64,000 nucleotides of DNA from Mobula hypostoma (lineage: Eukaryota), in assembly GCF_963921235.1 (NCBI RefSeq), contig NC_086108.1:93808001-93872000 (forward strand). Reading direction: 5' to 3'. Shown piece after piece: positions 1-11,985 of this stretch. The stretch's first letter is position 1. Each line of letters begins with the position of its first letter. The position numbers were made by a program, and so were the translations under genes. Under the pieces are notes generated by a model. The model did not search any database. It was not told the DNA's origin and saw nothing but the letters and a program-made list of their open reading frames with translations.

Positions 1-431
1 ATATTGTTTGGGTTTCTCAGAATGAATTTAAATCTCTTCAATCTCTTTTATCAAGGCCTGTGTATTTGATTCCTCAAGGAATGGTAACTGATATTGTTTC
101 CTCAGGTAAAGAGACGCTCCAGTCAGTCCAGACATCTGGATAAACACCACAAAGACAAACTTGTCCTCCTCCCTCCACTTGGCAAACTCGTCAACCACCT
201 CTCCCCACCACGTTTTTCCCTTATTCTTGTCCTCTCCCCCACTTGGCAAACTCCTCAACCACCTCTCTCCACCACATTTTTCCCTAATCCACCTCTCCCC
301 ACCACGTTTTTCCCTGATCCCTCTCCTCTCCACTTTTCCACTTGCATATTCTTCTCTTCCCTCTCCCAGCCTCCACTTTCTGCTCTTCCTGCCCCCCTCC
401 CACCCCGCCAACTCCACCTTCCTCTTTCCCT

Positions 432-1022
432 GAGCAGCACACACAAAATGTTGGAGGAACTCAGCAAGTCAGGCAGCATCGACGGAGTGATATGGAGTCG
501 ACATTTGGGACTGAAGCCCTTCATCAGGACTGCAAAGGAAGGGGCAAGAGGCCAGAATAACAAGTTGGGAGGAAGGGAAGGAGTACAAGCTGGAAGGTGA
601 GAGGTGAAGCCAGGTGAGGAGGAAGGTGTGAGGATGGGGAAGGGGAGGTGAAGCAAGAAGCTGGGAGGTGATAGGTGGGAAAGGTAAAGGGCTGAAGATG
701 AAGGAATCTGATAGGAGAGGAGAGTGGACCATGGGAGAAAGGGAAGGTGGAGTGGTGCCTGAGGGAGGTGAAATGCAGGAGAAGAGATAAGAGGGAAGCC
801 AGAATGGGGAATGAAAAAAGAAAGAAGAGGGAGGGGGAGAAACCACCGGAAATTAAATAAATCAACGTCCATGTCGTAAAGTTGTAGGCTACCCAGACGA
901 AATATGACATGTTGCTCCTCCAACCTGACAGTGGCCTCATCAAAGCAGAAGAGGAGGCCATGGACTGACATATCGGAATGGGACGTAGAATTAAAATGCA
1001 TGGCCACCAGGAAAATTCTCCC
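432..1022 (-). mobile_element. Penelope-like element 3' fragment (GIY-YIG C-terminus plus pLTR)
   Basis: Encodes HFNSTSHSDMSVHGLLFCFDEATVRLEEQHVIFRLGSLQ, then a pyrimidine-rich UTR, a degenerate hammerhead motif (496-531) and the gctgcctgac...ccaacattttgtgtgtg terminus. Confidence 0.85.
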
Positions 1023-1144
1023 CATTTCACACTAGCAACCAGCAGTGTGGCTCTACCATTCTCCGTCTACCTGTAGTTCACCCCAACAGTCCGCGGCTGT
1101 CCCCCCTCCTCCACTGCCATGCAGTACGTCCCCCTCCTGGCCCA

Positions 1145-1470
1145 GTGGGCGACAAGCAGTGTAATGGATAGTGCATCTCTTTACACCATCAGCTGTAAGA
1201 TCGAGGATTCAATTCCCGTCGCTGTCTGTAAGGAGTTTGTACAGTCTCCCTGTGACCATGTGGGTTTCCTCCAGGTGCTCTGGTTTCCTCCCACATTCCA
1301 AAAGGAAGACATGGGTTAGGGTGAGTGAGTTGCCGCCATGTTATATTGGCACCAAAAGCATGGTGACACTCATGGGCTGCCCCCAGCACAATGCACGCCG
1401 GTTTGATTTGACAGAAAAACGACGCATTTCACTAAGCTTCAATGCACACATGACAAATAAAGCTAATCTT
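1145..1470 (+). mobile_element. tRNA-derived SINE
   Basis: B-box-like gattcaattccc, core gggtttcctccaggtgctctggtttcctcccacattccaa and tail gacaaataaagctaatc. Related copies occur at 11225-11460, 42780-43110, 60840-61065 and 62960-63215. Confidence 0.75.
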
Positions 1471-3591
1471 TAAAAAAGTACCAACGTCCCAGAGGTGCCT
1501 CCTCCCTCATCTGTGACTATTCTCCCACTCCTCTCTTCACTCACTGTAGGCCCTGGGCTCCTCAGGAAGAGGTGGGAGGGGGATACGGGAGGGGGGAGAG
1601 GGACGCAGGTCATATGAAGAGGAAGCAAGTTCTGATCCAATCTATGGAGAACAAAGCCACTGCCCTCACCACCCTGGTCTACTGGCAATCTCCTCTGATT
1701 CCAGTCCCAGTGGGCATACCATATCAGTGCTTCCTTACAACATAGAAGGAAGCCATTCGGCCCATCGAGTGTGTGCTAGCACATGGTGCAACCACATTCC
1801 CCACTACTGTATTTATCCTTGTAAGCTCTTCACCCCTCGTTTCATTAACTCCCTGTCAGGTTCGATCACTAACTTTCTCACCAGGGCCCCAGCCCACCCT
1901 CTGGGCTGTGAATGGGGACAGAAGCAAACAGGGATATCCACGATGTTTATCACAGGGAGAATGTGCAAGCACCACACAGACTGGATTGAACCTGAGTTGT
2001 TGAAGCTGAAAGGTAGCAGCAACCTTCACCCTCTCTCCTGGTTTATATCCCTCCTGTCTTTGAGGAAAGACCATAAGATACAAGAGCAGAATTAGGCTAT
2101 GTGGTCCATCGAGTCTGCTCCACCATTTCATAATCTCCTGCCTTCTCCCCGTATCCCTTCATACCCTGACCAATCAAGAATCTATCGACCTCTGCCTTAA
2201 ATATACAGCCTCTTGGCCTCCACAGCTGCTGGTGGCAAAGAATTCCACAGATTCACCACTGTCTGACTAAAGAAATTCCTCTCATCTCCGTTCTAAAAGG
2301 ACCCCCTTCTATTCTCTATTCTGAGGCCATGTCCTCTGATCTTAGACTCTCCTACCATAGGAAATATCCTCTCCACATTCACTCTATCAAGTTCTATCCA
2401 TCATCCAAATCACTGACATGTAACATAAAAGAATCAGTCACAACACAAATCCCTGTGGAATGCCACTAGTCACTGGCAGCTAGCCAGAAAATGTTCCCTT
2501 TATTCCCACTGTTTGCCTCCTGCCAATCAGCCACGCTTTATCCATGCTAGAATCTTTCCTGTAATACCATGAGCTCTTAACTTGTTTAGCAGCCTCATGT
2601 GTGGCACGTTGTCAAAGACCTTCTGAAAATCCAAGTACACAGCATTAACTGATTCTCTTTTGTCTATCCTGCTTATTATTCCTTCAGAGAATTCCCACGG
2701 ATTTGTCAGGCAAGATTTTCCCTTGAGGAAACCATGCTGACTAAGGGCTATTTTATCATGTGCCTCCAAATACCCTGAGACCTCATCCTTAATAATCAAC
2801 TCCAACATCTTCCCAACCACTGAGATAAGACTAACCGGCCTATAGTTTCTTTTCTTCTGCCTTTCTCCCTTCTTGAAGAGTGGAGTGACATTTGCAATTT
2901 TCCAGTCTTCTGGAACCATTCCAGAATCTAGTGATTCTTGAGAGATCATTACTAATGACTCTATGATCTCTTTAGCCACATCTTTCAGAACTCTGGGGTG
3001 TACAACATCTGGTCCAGGTAATTTATCTACCTTCAGACCTTTCAGTTTCCCAAGAACCTTCTCTCTAGTTATAGTAACTTCACACACTTCATGCCCCCTG
3101 ACACCAGGAATTTCCACCATACTACTAGTGTCTTCCACAGTGAAGACTGAAGAGCTTCAGTTCATCCACCATTTCCTTGTCCCCCATTACAACCTCTCCA
3201 ACATCGTTTTCTAACAGTCCGATATCCACTCTCAGCTTTCTTTTGCACTTTTAGTATCCTCTTTAATATTATTGACTAGCTTACTTTCATATTCCATCTT
3301 TACCTTCTTAAAGACTTTTTTAGTTGCCTTCTATTGGTTTTAAAAGCTTCCCAATCCTCAAACCTCCCACTAATTTTCACTCTATTATCTGCCCTCTCTC
3401 CAGCTTTTATGTTGGCTTTGACTTCTGATGTTAGCCACAGTTGTGTCATCTTTCCTTTAGAATACTTCTTCCTCTTTGGGATATTTGGCATACGCTTTCC
3501 AAATTGCTTCCAGAAATTCTAGCCTTTATTGCTCTGCCATCATCCTTGCCAGTGTTCTTTTCCAATCAATTATGACCAACTCCTCACTCAC

Positions 3592-4462
3592 TGAATTGAA
3601 TTGAATTGACCTTATTTCTTATATCCTTCACATACATGAGGAGTAAAAATCTTTACATTACGTCTTTATCTAAATGGACAATGTGCAATCATAGTAATTT
3701 ATAATAATTTAAAATAAATAGAACAGTCAATGTAATATAGAGTACACTCAAATCAGCATGAGTTCATCAGTCTGATGGCCTGGTGGAAGAAGCTGTCCCA
3801 GAGCCTGTTGATCTTGGCTTTTATGCTGTGGTACCGCTTCCCAGATGGTAGCAGCTGGAATAGATTGGGATGGTTTGGGTCCCCAATAATCCCACGTGCC
3901 CTTTTTACACACCTGTCCTTGTAAATGTCCTGAATCATGGGAAGTTCACAACTACAGATGCGCTGGACTGTCCACATCACTCTCTGTAGAGTCTTGTGAT
4001 TAAGGGAGATACAGTTCCCATACCAGGCAGTGATGCAGCCACGAACACGAGGAATTCTGCAGATGCTGGAAATTCAAGCAACACACATCAAAGTTGCTGG
4101 TGAACACAGCAGGCCAGGCAGCATCTCTAGGAGGAGGTACATTCAATGTTTCAGGCCGAGACCCTTCGTCAGGACTAACTGGATGCAGCCAGTCAGGATG
4201 CTCTCAGTTGTGACCCCGTGGAAAGTCTTAGGATTTGGGGCCCATACCAAACTTCTTCAACCGTCTGAGGTGAAAGAGGCACTGTTGTGCCTTTTTCACC
4301 ACACAGCTGGTGTGTCCAGACCACGTGAGGTCCTCGGTGATGTGGATGCTGAGGAATTAAAAGCTGTTTACCCTCTCAACCCCAGATCCATTGATGTCAA
4401 TAGGGGTTAGCCCATCTCCATTCCTCCTGTAATCCGCAACCAGCTCCTTTGTTTTTGCGACA
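3592..4462 (-). mobile_element. Rex1/Babar-type LINE 3' fragment nested in CR1
   Basis: ORF 3753-3980 encodes LPMIQDIYKDRC...DPNHPNLFQLLPSGKRY...SFFHQAIRLMN; (tgaat)n tail at 3592-3608. Confidence 0.8.
4042..4181 (-). mobile_element. 140-bp PLE terminal insertion with degenerate hammerhead
   Basis: Flanked by 10-bp TSD gatgcagcca (4032-4041, 4182-4191). Begins cagttagtcCTGACGAagg on the minus strand. Confidence 0.85.
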
Positions 4463-5764
4463 TGCTTCTGTAATTCCCTTTACTCCTCTGTAATACTGAT
4501 ACATCTGATTTTAGCTTCTCCTTCTCAACATTCAGGATTAATTTGGTCATATTATGACCACTTTCCCCAAGGGTTCTTTGACCTTAAGCTTTCTAATCAA
4601 TTCTGGTTCGTTGCACAACACCTAATCCAGAATAGCGGATCCTCTGGCTGGCTGTACCAGGAGCTGCTCTAAAAAGCCATCTCATAGGCACTGTAGAAAT
4701 TCCCCCTCCTGGAACCCCGCACCAATCTACCTGCATATTGAAATCCCCTATGACTTCTGTAACATTGCCCTTTTGACGTGCATTTTCTATCTCCCGTTGT
4801 AATTTGTGGGCCACATCCTTACTACTGTTTGAGGGTCTGTATACAACTCCCATCAGGGTCCGTTTACCCTTGCAGCTCCTTAGCTCTATCCACAATGATT
4901 CAACACCTTCCCACCCTATGTCACCTCTTTCTAACGATTTGATTTCACTTTTTAGCAACAGAACAACACCACTCCCTCTGCCTTCCTGCTTATCTTTTCA
5001 ATACAATGTGTATCCTTGGACGTTAAGCTCCCAGCTATAATCTTTCAGCCATGATTCAGTGATACCTACAACATCATACCTGACAATGGGCAACTGTACT
5101 GCAAGTTCATCTACTTTATTTCGTATACCACGTGCATTAAAATACAGCACCTGCAGTCCTGTATTCATCCTTTTCAATTTTGTCCTCATTTTATGTTGTT
5201 TCTCATCCTGTTGACTGCAATTTTGTCCAGCTACCTCATCTTCAGCACTCTTATCCACCTTTCTTATGATACTTTGATATACGTGCAGCTCAGGACATCA
5301 GTCTCACCAAGCTCAACCTTTTGATTCCTAACTTTGTCTGAGGTCTTACCAACATCTGCCTCCACAATCTCGCCACTAACTGTTCTGCCATTCTAATTCC
5401 CATCTCTTTACAGCTCTAGTTTAAACCCCACCGTGCAGCACTATCAAACCTTCCCGCTAGGATACTAGTCCAGTTCAGGTGCAAGCAATCCCTTCTGTAC
5501 AGGTCACACCTTCCCTGGAAGAGAGCCCAATGAACCAAAAACCTTAAGCCCTCCCTCCTCCACCAACTCTTTAACCACATGTTAGACTGTATAATTTTCC
5601 TAGTTCTGGCCTCGCTAGCACAAGGTGTGGGTAGTAATCCTGAGATCACAACCTTGGAAGCCCTCGCCCTTTAACTTATCTCTAAGATCTCTCTATGCAG
5701 AACCTCGTCCCTTGTCCTGCCCATGTTATTGGTACCTACATAGATCACAACTTCTGGTTGTTCA

Positions 5765-8044
5765 GTCAGTCAGTCAGTGGGTGCTGTCCCGAATCCAGGG
5801 TTGGCGGCTATGCACCTCCATCTTCTTCGATCTCGCGTTCTTTTTCTGGCCTCAGCATAACTCACCCCAGTCCGTTGCCTCACATTATCGTACCAAGTGG
5901 TTCACTGCCTTCCTCTTTCCCTCTCTCCTTCTATCATCCCTTCCAATAACAATTTCTGCAGTCCACCACCTCTTAACAAGTGCCCGGCATATTCCAGCTT
6001 CCTTTTCTGCACATTGTTCAGCAACTCCTTTTCTCCCCTCACTCTCTTCAACACTTCCATATTACTGACCTTCATCACCCATCTAATGTTCTGCATTCTC
6101 CTTAAACACCACATTTCAAAAGCCTCCAGTCGTTGTTGCGCTTCCTTGCATGAGGTCCACGATTCGACTCCATACAACAGACTGCTCCAGACGTAGCATT
6201 TCCAAATTCTACAACGCAGCCCAAAGTCCAACCTGTTGCCACACAGAACGTCACTCAGGCTCCAGAACCTTGATCTTGCAATCTCAATTCCTCATCTAAT
6301 TTCTGTATCACATTTCCCATCCTCTGTGACCATCTGTCCCAAGTACACAAACTTCTTGACTTGCTCAATGCCCATGCCATTAATTTTGATACTGATTTTG
6401 AGAACTTCTTTTTCCGTGATACCACCATCATCTTTGTCTTTGCAGCATTTATTTTCATTCCAAATCGTTCACCTTCAGCATTTATCTCATCTACTATTCT
6501 GAGTAACTCGTCCTCAATCTCAGCTAACAACACTGAATCATCTGCATAGCTCAAGCTGTTCACTAGATACTGTCGTTCACCAGATACTCAAGTTGTTCCC
6601 CAGAACTTCAGGTTGTTCTGGGGATACTGGAAGGAGACAAATTGACTATATTGCAGTGAGGAAACGCTTCAGGAGAAGTATTAGGATGGCCAAGACTTAT
6701 CCAGGCGCCGATATAGGCTCGGATCACAACTCGGTGGTTGTTAGGGTGAAGATTGCACTAAAGACAAAGATTAAGGCTGCAACCAAGAAAGCCAGGCTGG
6801 ATATGGACTTACTGAAGAAGAGCGAGTATAGTGAAAGATTTTCTGCAGCGGTGTAAAACAGGTTTAAAGGACTGAGAGTAGAAGACATGGAGCAGACACC
6901 AGATAACATGTGGTCAAACCTGAAGGACTGTATGCAAATGGCAGCTGAAGAATGTCTCCCCAAAAGAAGGCGCGTAGCTAAACAAGCCTGCATGACGGAT
7001 CACATTCTGAAGCTCATGGAAGAGAGAAGGAAGCACAAGAAGGACACATCTAAGTACAAGGAATTGGACCAACAAATAAGAGCAGAATGTGCAAAAGCTA
7101 AAGGACAACGGTTTATCCAACAGTGTGAAAAGATAAAGACCATGGACATGTTACATCATTCAAGGGACATGCACAGGGAGACTGCAGAGATGACCAACAG
7201 GAACAAGAAACAATCAAGGACTGGCATTATTCAAGACAAGGACGGGAACATACTCTTTGAGAATGACAAGGTGGAAAGTAGATGGATGGAATACATTAGG
7301 GAATTGTACTACGATGCTAGAAATGATCAAGTGAGTGAGAAGAACACGGAAGGTACGGAAATTTTGGTAGTGGAAGTAAGAGCAGCCATTGGAAAGTTAA
7401 AAACTGGTAAAGCTTGTGGTGTAGATGGTATTACAGCCAAAATGTTGAAATGTCTTGGCGACTCGGAGGTTGAGGAGATCACGAGGCTTTGCAATACAAT
7501 CTACTCAACAGAAAAGTGGCCAACAGATTTTGTGGTGTCAGAGTTTGTCATGATCCCAAAGAAAAGTAAGAGCACAAAATGCTCAGACTTTAGAACTATA
7601 AGTCTTATAAGTCATGCCTCCAAGATCTTGTTATTAACACATCTAAGCAGAATAAAAAGGACAGTTCTTAATGAAATTAATGAGTGCCAGAGCGGATTTA
7701 TACCGGGTAAGGGTACCCGTGAAGGGGTTTTCAATTTGTGAATGATTGTGGAACGAGGTCTAGAAAAAAAAAAGACATTTACATCTGCTTCCTGGATTAC
7801 GAAAAAGCTTTTGACCGAGTCAGTCATGAACAGATGGACAATTGCCTGAACTCATTGGGGCTGGATGGGAAAGATGTTTGACTGATTGCGAGTCTGTACT
7901 GGCATCAGAAGGCAGTAATAAGAACTAGTGATGGGAATTCACCGGAAGTTGAGATCCGAAAAGGGGTTCGCCAGGGCTACATTATCCCCCCTTTATTATT
8001 TAACATTTACTCAGAGGTAATCTTCAGGGTGTTGAACAATGAAG
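5765..8044 (-). mobile_element. RTE-clade (BovB-related) LINE with inverted 5' segment
   Basis: Minus segment 5765-6580 encodes SYADD through LLYGVESWT...LEAFEMWCLRRM and ends in an (actg)n tail. Plus segment ~6590-8044 encodes QIDYI...FRTISLISHASKILL...GVRQG...LFNIYSE. TSD ctgg[t/c]tgttca (5754-5764, 8045-8055). Confidence 0.88.
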
Positions 8045-8793
8045 CTGGCTGTTCACCCTCCCACTTAGGAATGCTGAGGACTCAGTCCGAGATATCCCAG
8101 ACCCTGGCATCTGGGAGGCAATATACCATCCCATAGAACCTTCCGTCTGTTGCCCTAACTAACAAATCCCCTATCACCACAGCGTGCCTCTTCTCCCCTC
8201 TTCCTTTTTGCGTCACAGAGGCAGGCTAGTGCCGGAGACTCGCCCACTGTGACTTTCTTCTGTGAGGTCATTCCGCACCCACCCACCCTGATAGCATCCA
8301 AAGTGGTATACCTGCTGTTGAGGGGAATGGCCACAGGAAAACTCTGCACTGGCTCCTTAACCCCTTTCCCCTTCCTGACTCACCCAGTTTCCTGTGTCCT
8401 GCACCTTGGGTGTAATTACCTCTCTGTATGTCCTATCTGTCACCCCCTCAGCCTCCTGAATGATCCGGAGTTCATCCAGTTCCAGCTCCAACTCCTTAAT
8501 GTGGATTGTTAGAAGCTGCAGCTGGATGCACCTCGCAGTTGTAGTCATCAGGGACACTGGAGGTCTCCCTGCCTTCTGCGTCCCACAAGAGGAGCATTCC
8601 ACTATCCTGCCTGGCATCTCTACTGTTCCAGCTGAGCAGATATAAAGAAGAGATGGAAAAAAACCTTGAGCTTTCCTTTCCTTTGCTTTCTCTGACTGGA
8701 GCCGCGAAGAGCTAAAGCCTCAAGATCACCACAGACAGCAGCCCCTGCGCTTGCCCTTGTCTCCCTTTAATTTACTCTTACTAACCAAACCCA

Positions 8794-9095
8794 TGTGGCC
8801 AAGTGGTTAAGGGATTGGACTAGAGACCTGAAGGTCGTGAGTTCGAGCCCCAGCCAAGGCAACGTGTTGTGTCCTTGAGCAAGGCACTTAATCACACATT
8901 ACTCTGTGACGACACTGGTGCCAAGCTGTATGGGTCCTTATGCCCTGCCCTTGGACAACATTGGTGTCGTGTAGAGGGGAGACTTGCAGCATGGGCAACT
9001 GCTGGTCTTCCATACAACCTTGCCCAGGCCTGCGCCCTGGAGAGTGAAGACTTTCCAGGTGCAGATCCATGGTCTCACAAGACTAACGGATGCCT
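8794..9095 (+). mobile_element. tRNA-derived SINE inserted in CR1 5' region
   Basis: A box tggccaagtgg, B box gagttcgagcc, and an imperfect TSD taaccaaaccca/taatcaatccca. Confidence 0.75.
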
Positions 9096-9494
9096 TAATC
9101 AATCCCAAACACCGATTATCCTCAGGCACTGGACCTGATTGAAGTCCCCTCCTCTCCAAACTTCCAATGTCCAGATTGGCCACTGGTCAAAGCTCTTTTT
9201 GACAAGGGGCCAATCTGAGGAGGTAATTGAGCCGGGGGACTCAAGTGAGGTGAGGTGCTGGGCTTAAATACTCAGTGAGGCTCCTTGCCACCAAGAAACA
9301 GAAGTTTGTGGCAAAGAAGCCCATTCTGTCACTCATCTCTGTGCTAGCTTTAGAATTAATGGTTATTGAGGGGAAAGTATTTGTACAGAGGGGTGGATAT
9401 ATGGAACAAGCTGCTGGAAGAGGCATTAGAGGCAGGTACAGTTGCAGTTTTTAAGAGACATTAGGACAGGTTCATGAACACTAAAGATTTAGAG

Positions 9495-9574
9495 CAGGGG
9501 TTTCCAGCCTGGGGTTCACAGACCCCTCGGTTAATTGTAAGGCTCCATTGCATAAAGAAAGTTGGGAACCCCTA
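9495..9574. mobile_element. 80-bp hAT (Charlie/Buster-type) MITE in a CR1 3' UTR
   Basis: Ends caggggtttcc...gggaacccct; 8-bp TSD atttagag/gtttagag. Confidence 0.75.
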
Positions 9575-10364
9575 GTTTAGAGGGATACGACCAAAATCAG
9601 ACAAGTGAGACTGGCTCAGCTAGACACCTTGTTGAGCCAAAGGGCCTGTTTCTGTGCTGTATAATTCTCTGACTGTATGAATTCTTTGGAAAAGCATTTT
9701 TTCAGCTCAAAGCTCTCACTTTTTGTAAGAAACTTGGTAAATTCCCTTATCCTCAAGTACTACAACTAGAGGTCATAGGTTAAGGGTGAAAGGTGAAAAG
9801 TTTAAGGGGAACATGAGAGGAAACTTCTTCACTCAAGAGAGTATCGGGAGTGTGGAATGAGCTGCCAGCTCAAGTGGTGCATGTAAGCTCGATTTCAACG
9901 TTTAAGAGAAATTTTTTAGGGACATGGTTTGTCATGGACTAGATGGGCTGAAGGGCCTGTTTCTGAGCTGTACTTGTCTATGACTCTGTGACTCTACTGA
10001 TATCAGATTCCTGAACAGATCTCATGTATGATAATCTCGTTATAATCTTGTACTTTATCATTTACCTGTACTGGACTTTCTCAGTAGCTTTACTCTGCAT
10101 TATTATTGTTTTACCTTATTCTAGCTCAATGCACTGTGTAATGATATGATCTGTATGAACAGTATTCAAGACAAGCTCTTTAATTTATCTCGGTACATGT
10201 GACAATAATAACCCACTACTCCCTTCGTTAGCTATTTTTCAGATAATCTTTCACCATCTCTTCAGGCAGAGGGTTTTGATTATTTACCAAAACACTCTGC
10301 TAGAAGTCTGTGGGAGCTTGCTGTTTACAAAATGGCTGCCATGCTGCCTGTAACACAACCACAA

Positions 10365-10865
10365 TAAGATACAAGATCAGAATTAAACTATTTGGCCCAC
10401 AAGTTTGCTCTGTTATTTGATCAGGTCTGATTTTTTTTTTATCCCTCTCAACCCATTCTCCTGCCTTCTCCCCATAACCTCTGATGCCCTTACTAATCAA
10501 GAACCTGTCAACCTCTGCTTTAAATATACCCAATGACACGGCCTACGCAGACATCAGTGGCAATGAATTCCACAGATTCTCACCTTCTGGCTGAAGAAAT
10601 TGCTCCTCATTTCTGTCTAAAGTGACATCCTTCTATTCTGAGACTATGTTCTCTAGTCCTAGACTCCTCCACTATAAGAAGCACATCCACTCTATCAAGG
10701 TCTTTCAATATTCAGTAGGTTTCAATGAGATCCCACCCCGCTCTCCCCCATTCTTCTAAACGTCAGAGAGGTCAGACCCAGAGCCATCAAATGCTCCTCA
10801 TAGGTTAACTCATTCACTCCCGGGATCATTCTCATGAACCTCCTCTGAACCCTCTCCAGTGCACC
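10365..10865 (-). mobile_element. CR1 3' fragment
   Basis: Encodes LERVQRRFMRMIPG and GIFKAEVDRFLISKGIRGYG; CR1 3' UTR follows. Confidence 0.85.
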
Positions 10866-11085
10866 ATTGTTGGCCGAAAACAGTTCAAGACCCCATGTAC
10901 AGGGGCCCAAGAAAAACACAACTATTTCCATAAACCCCGAGCAAAAAGTCTCCTCACCTACCTTCTGTATTTGGTTTTACTGACATTTTTGCATTTATCT
11001 GCCCTCTCTCACACTACCTGGCATTTGACCAAGGTACCCTGGAGTAGGGAATGCTGGGATCACAGCCAGATGCAGGAAGACTCAC

Positions 11086-11189
11086 CGTGGTCCAGCCAAC
11101 CTGTGGGCCAAGGTCCTTGAAGTAGAAGGTTGCGGTAGTTCCAACTGGGAGGGTCTGTAGCACTTCCTCATCCCTGACACATTTACCCT
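11086..11189 (-). CDS. TECR: TECR-family exon 4, 104 nt ((K)GKCVRDEEVLQTLPVGTTATFYFKDLGPQVGWTT)
   Basis: Acceptor ttatcttgcag and donor gtgagt. The peptide matches TECR KGKSLKDEDVLQKLPVGTTATLYFRDLGAQISWVT. Exon lengths 195+52+45+104=396 nt stay in frame. Confidence 0.96.
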
Positions 11190-11574
11190 CTGCAAGATAA
11201 AGATCAAAGAGATTAAAGTTTAAAGATTAGCTTTTATCTGTTACATGTACATTTAAACTTACAGTGAAATGCGCCTTTTTGTGTTGATGATGCATTGGGG
11301 CAGCCTGCAAGCGTTGCCATACTAACATAGCAAATCCATAACTTACTAACACCAACACATACGTCCTCGGTATGTGGGAGGAAAACAGGGCAATCAGAGG
11401 AAACCCATGTAGTCACGGGGAGAACGTACAAACTGCTTAGAGGCAGCGGCGGGAATTGAACGCTAATGAGCTGCCCTGTGTCAATAGTGGTACGAGATGG
11501 TCAGGTATATTGGCACTTGGGACCAAACTGCATCCATTCAGAAGGGACCTTACATTTGGTCCCTTCTTATTCGT

Positions 11575-11985
11575 AAGGCCAGTGATGTTGTGGGGATGGA
11601 ACTGGACTCTCTCACAGTGGTGTCTGAAAAGAGGATTCTGTCCAGGTTGCTTGCCATCTTGGTCAATGTCTCCCATCCACTACATAATGTACTGGGTGGG
11701 CACAGGAGTACATTCAGCCAGAGACTCATTCCACCGAGATGCAGCACAGAGCGTCATAGGAAGTCATTCCTGCCTGTGGCCATCAAACTTTACAACTCCT
11801 CCCTTGGAGGGTCAGACACCCTGAACCAATAGGCTGGTCCTGGACTTACTTCATAATTTACTGGCATAATTTACATATTACTATTTAACTATTTATGGTT
11901 CTATTACTATTTATTATTTATGGTGCAACTGTAATGAAAACCAGTTTCCCCCGGGATCAATAAAGTATGACTATGACTATGACTA
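11575..11985 (+). mobile_element. Rex1/Babar-type LINE 3' fragment
   Basis: Encodes SHPLHNVL...STFSQRLIPPRCSTERHRKSFLPVAIKLYNSS, then gggatcaataaagta and a (tgacta)n tail. Confidence 0.8.

Larger units (their letters stand above)
2072..9300 (-). mobile_element. Degenerate near-full-length CR1 LINE interrupted by nested insertions
   Basis: Domains are in CR1 order. ORF1 Cys motif (8357-8617 VECSSC), ORF1 SGNH-esterase-like part (5416-5649), APE start (4998-5258 LYFNARGIRNK...VGITESW), APE (4593-4958 GDFNM), RT (2527-3138 NYRPVSL...YLDFQKVFD), CR1 3' UTR at ~2072-2400. Confidence 0.9.

Noticed and set aside
28..600. Pro/Leu-rich ORFs at the window start
   Set aside because: Pyrimidine-rich short tandem duplications (160-330) and PLE UTR; no coding signal.
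8794..8860. tRNA gene
   Set aside because: A/B boxes continue into a SINE body without an acceptor stem or poly-T terminator.
9241..9426. SLTEYLSP as a candidate next TECR exon (VFLTEYAGP)
   Set aside because: No acceptor at the expected position and no downstream similarity (PLFIYLLFY). It lies in or next to the CR1 5' region; exon 5 is probably outside the window.
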